A stretch of 64,000 nucleotides of DNA from Basidiobolus meristosporus CBS 931.73 (taxonomy: Eukaryota; Fungi; Basidiobolomycota): assembly GCA_002104905.1 (NCBI GenBank), contig MCFE01000169.1:81047-145046 (forward strand), given 5' to 3'. The first letter of the stretch is position 1; each line of letters starts with the position of its first letter. Below are positions 26,640 to 37,425 of this stretch, one piece after another. The notes below the pieces were generated by a model, which was not told the origin of the DNA, made no database searches, and saw only the letters and a program-made list of their open reading frames with translations. Made by a program: the position numbers and the translations under genes.

Positions 26640-26830
26640 AGGATACCAATGGGGCAAGTGCCTTCATCTCTTCCTCAAAGCCTGAGAGATGTACATAGGT
26701 CCCAGCCAACCAAGGATGAAGACGCTTGTGCCAGAAAGGGCAGGGCAAATATTGGTGGTGACAACGTCACAAGTGCTATGGTGGTTGTTGGAAATATGGA
26801 GGATTTGTATGGAATTATAGGTGTGTTTTG
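26640..26830 (+). pseudogene. Gly/Arg/Tyr-rich (GRY) precursor relic, internally deleted
   Basis: ACCAATGGGGCAAGTGCCTTCATCTC and GATGAAGACGCTTGTGCC align to the pro region. The end decodes as a degenerate RGKYW...YGG. Confidence 0.6.
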
Positions 26831-27916
26831 AATTACTAACCTACCACGTTGTACTGTTAAGCTTACTTGCAATATTGCCATCCTCTACAGCTTTGAAGAG
26901 ATGCTCAATAAGTGTCATTTATGCATACTCTTGCTGCTTGCCCACTCGTATTTGTTTACGTGAGCAATATTCGACAATTTCACATAAGAATCTCTCTGCT
27001 ATGGCTAGCTTAGTCGCTTATTGCTGTGGAAGACAGAAGGAAAAGTGGTTGTATGCTAGCTGCGGTGTTTGCCTCCAAAATACACAACATCATTCGACTG
27101 AAACCCACCAATTCCGAGAAGTTTCATGGATGGGATTTCAATCAACCTCCATCTTGGCCGAAAACAGTGCTAAGCTTTATTCGAGCAATCAACAGTCACT
27201 AGTTACGTCCAGTCGAGCTGGACATTAATTACATACTAATTTGAGCTGACTCGCAGGCTAAGAAAGAGTGAATGGCTATGGGTATCTACTGATGCTGTCT
27301 GCTCATAGCGGATAAGACTTTACTAGTGCCATGGTGAGCAAAGATCAAGTGATATAGTTGCGCTTTCTTTACAACCATAAATGTTAGGCCGGATTGAATG
27401 CATGCATAGTGTGATGAAGGGCCATGGTAGTTGTTAGAAATCTCTTTGCTCGACTTGATTTAATATAGGAATCTCTTTGCTTGACTTGCATTGTGATTTG
27501 TTTTCATGAGCGAGTGTTTGTGCAGTGGTTGTTTCCGGAATGTACTACATCATTTGACTGCATATCAATTAGCCATGTATATAAGCTAATGTCGAGCATT
27601 CAATATTCTCAATTTACTGTCAACTCACCGTTCTGTTCACAACAGCAAGCCCCTCTCCAACAGAACGGTGACTCAGCTCCCACGCCCCAATTGGCTCAAG
27701 CTATATAAATAAAATTCAGCATCATCATTACTTGGCATGTAACTTGAACGGGATTGCCTCATATGGTTGTTGGCATATTATCAATACTAAACAATGGTTG
27801 AAACAATGGTTGAAATCCAGTTTTAATTGAACTTACAAAGGGCCATTGTTCGAGCCGTCATCTGATCATATTGGAGTGAAGTTTTCGCTATAAAGGGACA
27901 ATGGCTTGACACTGTT

Positions 27917-28183
27917 ATGCAAACCATGGTGCAAGCCCAGGACCGTATCTATAGAGAAAGAGCCATGCTGGTTCTTCGCGTGGTGTGCGAGGTATTCTCA
28001 GCAACACATGGGCTGCAGGAGCTAACGATGGAGAATGGTGAAGTAGTAGCAAAGTTTAAAGGGAAGCCAGCTATGCGTAGGAATATAGACTCACCTCTGG
28101 AGACTTCGCCTGCTTGTGAAGCCTTGACAGCCATTGTGTTTGAACCTAAAGCTAGCACATCCCAAGCTGGCTTGGGCAAATGA
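27917..28183 (+). other. Coding-like segment of unknown function, paralogous to about 41050-41280
   Basis: THGLQELTMENGEVVAKFKGKPAMRRNIDSPLETSPACEAL vs THGLQKLMLENGKVSIKFKGKPVMCRNLNKPLETSPACEAL, with several synonymous differences. Strand not fully resolved. Confidence 0.4.
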
Positions 28184-28489
28184 ATAAACATCCTGTTGCA
28201 GAAGGAACAGCGTTGTGTTTATTAGAATTCACAAAGTGTTATAAAGGTGCGTGCCCAGCGAGGTATAAGGCATTCTCGGGTAGCTTAATCTGTAATACGT
28301 ATAGATAGTGTGTACACATAGTATGTATAGATAGATGCAATTTAAGTATCACAATATAGCGATTAAATAGTATGACGACTCAGCCACAATTGATTCAACA
28401 TCATAGTTGGGCTGTACTTGAATCCTATTGATAAGAAACAACAGTCAAAATTCTGATTTAATTCGTGAACTTACCACAACATAATGGTC

Positions 28490-28575
28490 ACTTTAGCTGC
28501 GACTTGTGGTGTTATATACTGGTTACATACTTAGTAGTGCACCAGAGGATTGTGCTGAAGTTGGCTGATGAATAA
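28490..28575 (-). pseudogene. Fragment of the 118-aa secreted protein gene (exon 1 end and intron donor)
   Basis: TTACATACTTAGTAGTGCACCAGAGGATTGTGCTGAAGTTG matches the 32685-32725 region. Confidence 0.7.
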
Positions 28576-29228
28576 GGTGAACATTACAAGCGATTTTATA
28601 TGGAATTAGCCCGGCTTGTAAGGAAAAACAGGCTGAGCTATCATGATGCTGAAGCGGAATATCTTATATTTATACCATAATATTGTATTCACCCCGAATA
28701 TAAGCACTGGTGAGCGCGATCTAGGTGTAAATAAAGCGTCGTAGTTTCTGTTACACTGAGGCTATTAGTATTAAGTGCATACATAGTTTGTTCGGGGTAT
28801 AAGGATGAAGGATAATATTGAGCGGTTACATAAGTATCGCCCATGTGTTCATCTCTTAGTGGTAGTGAAAGAACACGATAACCAGTATGTGATTGATAAC
28901 GAAAAGATATACAAGAGGTATCCTTTAGTTATGCAAGATATAGGCCAATTTTTGAGGCTCTCTTTTGAGGCTCTCGCTGCATTTCTACACATTTCCGTTT
29001 ACTAGAAAAATACTAGCCACTTTCATATAACATGGTATAGGAATCTCTCTACCATCACCAGCATTATGGTGACAGAAATCACGTGTTTGTACTTCGAAAT
29101 ATACTACATTGTTCGGCTGACGCCCATCAATTTCGTGAAGCTTCCTAAATGCGATGTCTGTTAACCTTCATCTCGTATCTGTATATAAAGGCTGGTGCTG
29201 AGCTTTATTGGATTGCTCAACATTCACA

Positions 29229-29665
29229 ATGTACAACCATTTTACCGCAGCTTGTGCTCTATTGATGGTCGTCAGTGCCTTTGGAAGTCCCGTAGATGTG
29301 TCAAGCACAAATGTAGCGAGCGCATCCATCTCCGATAGGAACAAGTGGTGAAGAGGTTCTCGTCCAACAAGGAAGAGGAGGCGCAGAATATTCGGCACTA
29401 TATTGATGGCATTCTCGGCCAGATGTCAAGGAATATTTTCGACCAGACTCTCTCGGATAAGCAAGACGCCGACCAAGATGTCGAGGAAGAGGAGGGCAAT
29501 CCAGAAGAGGCCCAGCTATGGGGGAGATACGGTGGATACGGGCGGCGGAGGGGCAGATACTGGGGACGAGGACGCTACGGTCGCTACGGTGGTTATGGAG
29601 GTCGATGGGGATATGGACGCTACGGGGGATATGGAGGGTATGGTGGATGCGACTGGGGTTGCTGA
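29229..29665 (+). pseudogene. GRY precursor copy 1, frameshifted by a 13-nt deletion after the signal peptide
   Basis: ATG at 29229 reads MYNHFTAACALLMVVSAFG...DRNKW* (stop 29349-29351). The downstream frame 29345-29665 has a core identical to the intact copy. TATATAAA at 29182. Confidence 0.85.
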
Positions 29666-29790
29666 ATAATAAGAATCAAGGCTTTTATTCACTCCAACAA
29701 CACCACTTGTCTGTGTGCTTAAATAAAGTACCGTTGCATTTTGTCTATTGATAGTGAATGGCCATGTGATTATGACTCTTATTGAGAGTG

Positions 29791-30070
29791 CTAGCTGGCA
29801 GAGACTCTCACTGCTCCAACGGTCACTTCTTTTCCGTACTTCGCGATGTGTATCTCGAGTTGTTTGGAGGTAATTGTAGCAATCCTGTTCCTTTTACGGT
29901 TGCAATCCTGTATGGAAGGGTACCTGATCGCTTTGGCGAAGGTGCTGGGAGGTCCGGAAGTGATGCTTGCGGTATCTACCGGTTCGCAGATCACGTGCTG
30001 ATATGAGCCGAGGTTGATATGCGGGTTGGCAGTGCCATGGTCAAGGAGCAGAAACGGTATTGAATCGCAT
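29791..30070 (-). pseudogene. Deleted, frameshifted copy of the 118-aa secreted protein gene (chimeric)
   Basis: The exon-2 frame (PVDTASIT...VRVSAS*) is fused out of frame to the signal exon. The intron and flanking codons are deleted. Confidence 0.8.
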
Positions 30071-30584
30071 TGTGTGTTTTTCTGTGTGTATGTCTGATGA
30101 AGAAGGTGAGCATTGCAAGCGATTTTATAGGAAATTATCCCGGCTTGTAAGGAGAGACAGGCTGAGCTACCATGATGAAGCAGAATATTCTATACTATTT
30201 GCCAAATTCGCTTTGCGCTAAGCACTTTATTTTTAAGGAGAAACTAGTGAACTCAAGTGATGATCCTTGTATTGTTCGATTGCACCAGGATGACTAGTGT
30301 TGGCCTGCATATGTGGCACGGATGATATGTGGCACGGATGCGTTGCCTCCTCACTTCCATTAGTATCGTAACGCCAAATATGGTGAGTGCAATTTAGGCT
30401 TAAATAAAGTGATGTGGTTTCTGCTACACTTCAGCATGCTTAGTATTGCCCATTTGTAGCTCACTCATTCATCTCCTGATGAAGGAAGACAGATAGTGGT
30501 GGTCAAAGAAAAAGAGGACCAGTATGGGATTGATAACGTAAAAGACACACAAGAGGAGGCTCCATCTATCCTTTGGTATTCACC

Positions 30585-30730
30585 ATGCGCAAGCACTTTT
30601 CCATCGTCCTTATGCTTTTAAATTCCGGTTCAGTCAATGTGGTAAGTGTGTTCATCTCTTCTCCAAAGCCGGGAAATGGTGTGTGGGTTCCAGCCAACCA
30701 GAGAAGATGCTCTCTTGTTTGAGCTGCTAA
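30585..30730 (+). pseudogene. Internally deleted GRY-family relic in the spacer
   Basis: ATGCGCAAGCACTTTTCC...ATCTCTTCTCCAAAGCC...GAGCTGCTAA, paralogous to 33376-33566. Confidence 0.55.
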
Positions 30731-31115
30731 TCCATTACATCATGCTGTTAAGCTTACTATTAATACTGTCATCAAACACAACTCTAAATCATGCAAAATA
30801 AAGGCCGATTTTTGCGGCACTCTTTGGAGGCTCTCGCTACTTTTCTACCCATTTCCGGTTATGAGAGAAGTACCTACCACTTTCATGAAACACAGTATAG
30901 GCATCTTTATACCATGACTAGCATTGTTTATTGCGGTAGAAGGCAAACAGAAATCGAGTATTTATACTTCAGCTGCGGTGGTTGCCTCCGAAATATACTA
31001 CATCATTTGACTGAAGCTTCCTAGATGCGATATCTATAAGCCTCCGTCTTGTCCAAATGCTGTATCTGTATATAAAGGCTGGTGCTGAGCTTTATTAGAG
31101 TATTCGACTTTCACA

Positions 31116-31552
31116 ATGTACAAACAACTTACCGCAGCTTGTGCTCTATTAACGGTCGTCAGTGCCTTTGGAAGTCCCGTGGATGTGTCCAGCACAAATG
31201 TAGCGAGCGCATCCATCTCCGGTAGGAACAAGTGGTGAAGAAGTTCTCGTCTAACAAGGAGGAGGATGCGCAAAATATTCGGCACTACATCGATGGCATT
31301 CTTGGCCAGATGTCAAGAAATGCGTTCGATTGGACCCTCTCGGATAAGCAAGAAGCCGACCAAGGAGTCGAGGAAGAGGAGGGTAATCCTGAAGAGGCCC
31401 AGCTATGGGGGAGATACGGCGGATATGGGCGGCGGAGGGGCAGATACTGGGGACGAGGACGCTACGGTCGCTACGGTGGTTATGGAGGTCGGTGGGGATA
31501 TGGACGCTACGGGGGATATGGAGGGTACGGTGGATGCGACTGGGGTTGCTGA
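31116..31552 (+). pseudogene. GRY precursor copy 2, same 13-nt frameshift deletion as copy 1
   Basis: ATG at 31116, stop at 31236-31238. The downstream frame 31232-31552 has an intact core. Confidence 0.85.
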
Positions 31553-31676
31553 ATAACAAGGATCAAGGCTTTCATTCACTCCAACAACACAGCTTGTCTG
31601 TGTGCTTGAATAAAGTACCGTTGCATTTTATCTATCGTAGTGAATGGCCATGTGATTATGACTCTTATTGAGAGTG

Positions 31677-31957
31677 CTAGCTGGCAGAGGCCCTCACTGC
31701 TCCAAAGGTCACTTCTTTTCCGTTCTTCGCGATGTGTATCTCGAGTTGTTTGGAGGTAATCGTAGCAATCCTGCTCCTTTTCCTGTTGCAATCTTGCAGA
31801 GAAGGGTACAGGATCGCATTGGCGAAGGTGCTGGGCGGTCCGAAAGTGATGCTTGCGGTATCTACCAGTTCGCAGATCACGTGTTGGCATGAGCCGAGGT
31901 TGATATGTGGGTTAGCAGTACCACGGTTAAGGAGCAGAGAACGGATTTGAATTGCAT
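31677..31957 (-). pseudogene. Deleted copy of the 118-aa secreted protein gene
   Basis: MQFKSVLCSLTVVLLTHISTSAHANT*, followed by the exon-2 sequence in another frame. Confidence 0.8.
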
Positions 31958-32352
31958 TGTGTGTGTTTCACCGCTGAATTGAATATTGAAGAGGATTGTA
32001 TAAAGCTATAAGGAGATAAGCACGGTTGGCAAGGAGAGACAGGCAGAGTTACCATGACAATGAAGGGGAATATTTGATTATTGGAAGAACGAATATGATG
32101 CCAATTCATCACGCTTACTTCAGTTTCTAGCCAAGAGAGCCCGTGCCTTGCTATTAGTATCACAAAGACGTTGCGGTTGCTACGGAGGATACACTCCATT
32201 CACCTTTTGCTGGATAATCATAATGATATGTAGGCATATTCTAGGCTTTCGTTCACTAGTCTGTTACAGTTGCTCTTTCATTCTGGCTGTGTATATCTAA
32301 TGGGATGCATTCTTTGTAACTCCTGACTGAACAATGCGGTTTATTGAGGATG

Positions 32353-32779
32353 CTAGCTGACAGATACTCTTACTGCTCCAACAGTCACTTCTTTTCCGTT
32401 CTTCGCGATATGTACCTCGAGTTGTTTGGATGTTATAGCAGCAATCCTGTTCCTGCGATTGTTACAATCTTGCAGAGAAGGATACAAGATGGCTTGGGCA
32501 GAGGTACTGGGTGATTCAGGGGTGATGCTGGCAGTATCCACCGGTCCAAAGGTCACGCGTTGGCATGAGCCAGCTGAGAATGGTAGTTGTTGTGCAGTAT
32601 CTTCAGGAGTATTCACCAATTCTACATTGTAAGTATTTGGTTAGTAAGGCTCACTGGTTGCGGCTAGTTGAGTTATATACTGATTACATACTTAGTAACG
32701 CACTAGAGGATTGTGCTGAAGTTGTTGTGCAGGCTAGTAGTGCCATGGTCAAGGAGCAGAAAACGGTACTGAATCGCAT
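32353..32779 (-). CDS. Intact 118-aa small secreted protein, two exons (32779-32692, 32621-32353)
   Basis: 70-nt intron 32691-32622 with GTATGT donor, TACTAAC branch point and TAG acceptor. Splices in frame to MRFSTVFCSLTMALLACTTTSA-QSSSALLKLVNTPEDTAQQLPFSAGSCQRVTFGPVDTASITPESPSTSAQAILYPSLQDCNNRRNRIAAITSKQLEVHIAKNGKEVTVGAVRVSVS*. Differences versus paralogs are biased to third codon positions. TATAAAA about 67 nt upstream. Confidence 0.88.
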
Positions 32780-32845
32780 TGTGTGTGCCTCGGTGTGTGT
32801 GCTTCTGTGTGTACGTCTGATGAACAAGGTGAGCATTGTAAGCGA

Positions 32846-32852
32846 TTTTATA
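32846..32852 (-). promoter_or_regulatory. TATA box of the 118-aa secreted protein gene
   Basis: TATAAAA on the minus strand, also present in paralogous copies near 28600 and 30125. Confidence 0.6.
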
Positions 32853-33375
32853 GGAAATTAGCCCGGCTTGTAAGGAGAGACAGGCTGAGCTACCATGATG
32901 AAGCGGAACATCCTGTACTATTGTATTCACTCCGAAATTTCCGAATTCGCTTTGGGCTAAGCATTTTTTTTAAAAGGAGAAACTATCGAACTCAAGCGAA
33001 GCTCCTTGTATTGTTCGATTACACTGGGATGACTAGTGTTGGCTTGCATATGTGGCACGGATGCGTTGCCTGCTCACTTCCATTAGTATCGTAACGCCGA
33101 TTATGGTGAGTGCGATCTAGGCGTAAATAAAGCGTTGTAGTTTCTGTTACACTTCAGCTTTAAATTTTGAGTACATGCTTAGTATTGAGTGTTACACATA
33201 GGTATTACCCATTTGTAGCCCACTCATTCATCTCCTAGTGAAGGAATCAGATGGTGGTGATGACTTCTGGTGAAGAACGGCAAATGGTGGTGGTCGAACA
33301 AAAAGATGACCAGTGTGGGATTGATAACGTAAAAGATACACAAGAGTAGGCTCCGTTTATCCTTTGGTGCTCACC

Positions 33376-33566
33376 ATGCGCAAGTACTTTTCCATCGTTC
33401 TAATACTTTTTAATGTGACAAGTGTATCCATCTCTTCTCCAAAGCCAGGAAACGGTGTGTAGGAAGAAGGTGCTCGCACCAGAGAGGGCAGGTGACGAGG
33501 TCGTTATGGTCACTTCGGGGACTATGATGGTCGCTGGGAACTTGGAGGGTTTGCTTGAGCTGCTAA
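33376..33566 (+). pseudogene. Internally deleted GRY-family relic in the spacer
   Basis: Reads MRKYFSIVLILFNVTSVSISSPKPGNGV*EEGARTREGR*RGRYGHFGDYDGRW... Confidence 0.65.
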
Positions 33567-33876
33567 TTTAATACATCATGCTGTTAAGCTTACTACCAAT
33601 ATTGCGATCATCCACAACTCTAAATCATGCAAAATAAATGACAATTTTTGAGGCTCTCTTTTGAGGCTCTCGCTGTTTATCTACCCATTTCCGTTTACGA
33701 GATAAATACTTGCCACTTTCATATAACATAGTATAGAAATCTCTATACCACGACTAGTGTTGTTAACAGAAATCGAGTGTTCGTACTTTGGCTGCGGTGG
33801 TTGCCTCCGAAATATACTACATCATTTGACTGAAGCTTCTTAGATGCGATATCAATCAACCTCCATCTTGTATGTG

Positions 33877-33884
33877 TATATAAA
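33877..33884 (+). promoter_or_regulatory. TATA box of the intact GRY precursor
   Basis: TATATAAA 47 nt upstream of the ATG, at an equivalent position in copies 1, 2 and 5. Confidence 0.7.
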
Positions 33885-33923
33885 GACTGGTGCTGAGCTT
33901 TATTTGAGTATTCAACATTCACA

Positions 33924-34373
33924 ATGTACAAACAACTTACCGCAGCTTGTGCTCTACTAATGGTCGTCAGTGCCTTTGGAAGTCCCGTAGATGTGTCAAG
34001 CACAAATGTAGCGAGCGCATCCATCTCCGATAGGGATCCACAAAGTGGCCAAGTGGTGAAGAGGTTCTCGTCCAACAAGGAAGAGGATGCGCAGAATATT
34101 CGACACTACATCGACGGCATTCTCGGCCAGATGTCAAGAAATACGTTCGATCAGACCCTCTCGGATAAGCAAGACGCCGACCAAGATGTCGAGGAAGAGG
34201 AGGGCAATCCAGAAGAGGCCCAGCTATGGGGGAGATACGGTGGATATGGGCGGCGGAGGGGCAGATACTGGGGACGAGGTCGCTACGGTCGCTACGGTGG
34301 TTATGGAGGTCGATGGGGATATGGACGCTACGGGGGATATGGAGGGTATGGTGGATGCGACTGGGGTTGCTGA
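33924..34373 (+). CDS. Intact 149-aa secreted precursor: signal peptide, acidic propeptide with KR site, 48-aa cationic Gly/Arg/Tyr/Trp core ending CDWGC
   Basis: Single ORF with hydrophobic N-terminus MYKQLTAACALLMVVSAFG, TATA box, AATAAA at 34430, and only synonymous core differences among copies 1-3. Confidence 0.92.
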   Translation: MYKQLTAACALLMVVSAFGSPVDVSSTNVASASISDRDPQSGQVVKRFSSNKEEDAQNIRHYIDGILGQMSRNTFDQTLSDKQDADQDVEEEEGNPEEAQLWGRYGGYGRRRGRYWGRGRYGRYGGYGGRWGYGRYGGYGGYGGCDWGC

Positions 34374-34498
34374 ATAATAAGAATCAAGGCTTTCATTCAC
34401 TCCAACAATACAACTTGCCTATTTGCTTGAATAAAGTACCGTTGCATTTTATCTATTGATAGTGAATGGCCATGTGATTATGACTCTTATTGAGAATG

Positions 34499-34761
34499 CT
34501 AGTTGGCAGAGACTCTCACTGCTCCAACGGTCACTTCTTTTCCGTACTTCGCGATGTATATCTCGAGTTGTTTAGAGGTAATCGTAGCAGTCGTGTTCCT
34601 TTTACGGTTGCAATCTTGCAGGGAAGGGTACAGGATTACTTTGGCGGAGGTGCCGGGTGGACCGGAAGTGATGCTTGTGATATCTACCGGTTCGCAGGTC
34701 ACGTGTTGACATGAGCTGATGTTGACACGGTTAAGGAGCAGAGAAGGGTATTGAATCGCAT
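34499..34761 (-). pseudogene. Deleted copy of the 118-aa secreted protein gene
   Basis: Same exon1-exon2 fusion deletion, plus a further deletion in the signal exon. Confidence 0.8.
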
Positions 34762-35932
34762 TTTGTGTGTTTCACCACTGAATTGGATACTGAAGAGGAC
34801 TGTATAGAGCTTTAAGGGGATAGGGACGGTAGGCAAGGAGAGATAGGCAGGGTTACCATGGCAATGAAGGGGAATATTTGATCACTCCTGGGTGTATTAC
34901 CCTTACTTCAGTTTCTAGCCAAGCGAGCCCATTCCTTGCTACTAGTAACATAATAAAGCTTAAGTCAAGTGAAGTACGGGCGCTACAATTTTATAGTATG
35001 AGTAGCTTGTTTTAGTGTGTGTGACTTGAATTTCTATTCGCTGTAAGTGTAAAACCGGATTGAATGCATGTATATATATTCGTAGAGTGAAATAACTCAC
35101 TGGCTCGTGGTAAAATTTATTCAAAACACAAATCTTTATAGCCTTTCCATGACTGATAGTGGTGGTGAAAGACACGCCCGGTTGGTACGTAGATTAGGTG
35201 AAAGGCTTTACCAGCTTAGGTATTTATCCCAAGTGACATGTAGGTATTACTGCTTAGTGAAAGGTTGCACGAGGTCGGGCTAGAGACGTGGGGACGAAAC
35301 TGGAGAGATACGCGATAAGAGACGGGGATTAAGCCCTATTGAACCTCCATCTCTCTCTACAACGGCTTCCATACAAGGATTCTGATTCAACCTCTCGTCT
35401 GCCCTACAACACGGATAAGATCTTGTGACCCTCTGATCTTTGTGGAGAATATCTTTTGAGCGTTTGCTTAATAACCATGATGGATATGGTAGATAAATAC
35501 ACTCATGTTGGAGTATCTATCACGTGAAGCTGGCAGCATTCTACTTGTCAAGTTATTACTGACTGATACTTATAAGGTTCATTGCAGTCACACTCAAAAA
35601 TTATTATCAGCACCTACAATGAAGTTACTTGCAAGCAAGCTATATGCACTGTTAGATAAGTACAGAAGTATACTAATTTCTATATTATAGCATCCTAACT
35701 TTAAGCTTATTTATTCCTCGTTCAGCTGACCTATACTTGAGGATGTATTGCGGCAGGTTGACTGTATGCGTAACTGACTAGGAATAAACACTGGAGTTGG
35801 ATGTAGCTAGATAGGTTCAAGAGATGTGATAAATGTTTCGATCAACCATGCCACCCTTTAATGAATATGATTAGTGGTAGCAACGGAAGGGGATACGGTG
35901 ATAGGATACATTGGTACATGGAGATGGCGAAT

Positions 35933-36112
35933 GCTGACCAAGGAGTTGAGGAAGAGGAAGGCAATCCCGAAGAGGCCGAGCTATGGGGGAGATACGGCGG
36001 GTATGGGCGGTGGAGGGGCAAATACTGGGGACGAGGACGTTACTGTCGCTGCGGTGGTTATGGAGGTTGGTAGGAATATGGAGGGTATGGTGAATGCAAC
36101 TGGGGTTGCTGA
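35933..36112 (+). pseudogene. GRY precursor copy 4, 3' fragment
   Basis: ADQGVEEEEGNPEEAELWGRYGGYGRWRGKYWGRGRYCRCGGYGGW*, with a deletion and a degenerate CNWGC end. Confidence 0.85.
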
Positions 36113-36209
36113 ATAATAAGAGTCAAGGCTTTCATTCACTCCAGCAACGAATAAAGTAATGTCGCATTTTATCTATCGATAGTGAATGGTCATATGTATA
36201 ACTCTGATT

Positions 36210-36451
36210 GTGAATGCTACTTGGCAGAGACTCCTACTTCTTTTCCGTTATTTGGAAGCAGTCGCAACAATCCTGTTCCTTTTCCTGTTGCAATCTTACA
36301 GAGAAGGGTACATGATTGCTTTGGCGGAGGTGCTGGATAGTCCAAAAGTGATGCTTGCGGTATCTACCGGACACGTGTTAGCATGAGCCGATGTTGATAC
36401 GCGGGTTAGCAATGCCACGGTTAAGGAGCAGAGAACGGCATTGAATCGCAC
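36210..36451 (-). pseudogene. Deleted copy of the 118-aa secreted protein gene
   Basis: GTG start, signal sequence in frame with PVDTASIT owing to an 8-nt deletion, premature TAA after YPSL. Confidence 0.75.
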
Positions 36452-37007
36452 TGTGTGTGTTTTACCGTCAAATCGAATATTAAAGAAGATTGTATAGAGC
36501 TATAAGGGGATAAGCACGGTGGGCAAGGAGAGACGGGCAGTGAAGGGGAATATTCTATTAGAGTACTTTTTTCAGTCTTGGGAGTACGCATATGATTACT
36601 TCAGTTTCTAGCCAAGAGAGCCCGTTCCTTGCTACTAAAATCACAAAAAGACTTGAATCACTACAATTTTATCGTGTATGCCTTGTTATAGTGTGTGTGG
36701 CTTGGGTTCATATATGTAAACAACTGCAATAGTGGCTATAAGTGCAAAACCTGATTAAATGCATGCATATATTTGTAGAGTGAAATAACTCATTGAAATC
36801 TCTATAGTCTTACCGTTAGGCATATGACTGATAGTAGTGGTGAAAGATGATGCCCCGTTGATGCCCCGTTGATGCGTAGATAAGCCTTTCATACGAGGAT
36901 TCTGTTTCAATATTGTCTGCCTCAAAACACGGATTTTTAAGATTTTTTACCCTCTGAGCTTTGTGGAGTGTATCATTTGAGCGTTTGTTTAATAACAAAG
37001 ACACTGA

Positions 37008-37070
37008 CTCTGAAGAGGCCGAGCTTTGGGGTAGATATGGTGGCTATGGAAGGTGGGGGAGCAGATACTG
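37008..37070 (+). pseudogene. GRY pro/core junction fragment
   Basis: GAAGAGGCCGAGCTTTGGGGTAGATATGGTGGCTATGGAAGG = EEAELWGRYGGYGR. Confidence 0.7.
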
Positions 37071-37425
37071 GCTAATCTTCCATGAATGCCGTCTATAGCT
37101 TTCTTATATTCATGTGGTGCTGTCGACCTGGACTGTACAAACCATTTTGCTTTACATTCTGCTTTCTATAGTATCTAATGGTCTGACTACTACTAATATG
37201 ACGATTAATTAGTATATACTATATGGTGACACTATTCTAGAGGCTCTTATTGTATCTTCCTAATGCCTGTAGAATAGATGCAAAATATAATATATCGTTC
37301 GTCCGAAACCCATCAATTTCGCGAAGCTTCCTAGATGTGATGTCTATAAACCTCCGTCTTGGCCAAAAGCTGTCCCTGTATATAAAGGCTGGTGCCGAGC
37401 TTTATTGGAGTATTCAACATTCACC

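Noticed and set aside
29310-29340. 26-nt intron (GTAGCG...GATAG) rescuing the frameshift in copies 1 and 2
   Set aside because: It would restore the frame, but it has a poor donor and no branch point, and is far shorter than the 53-70-nt introns seen here. Only RNA-seq could revive the idea.
29403-34459. Alternative-frame ORFs over the GRY genes (e.g. 29403-29669, 31251-31559, 34087-34377, 34226-34459)
   Set aside because: Shadow frames of a GC-rich low-complexity CDS. Synonymous changes, signal peptide and TATA box all support the GRY frame.
34503-34709. Plus-strand hydrophobic ORF (AETLTAPT...LQSCREGY...) conserved in several units
   Set aside because: It is the antisense shadow of the minus-strand secreted protein, whose intron, signal, TATA and conserved stop identify the real strand. 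The plus frame is preceded by TAG and lacks a conserved ATG.
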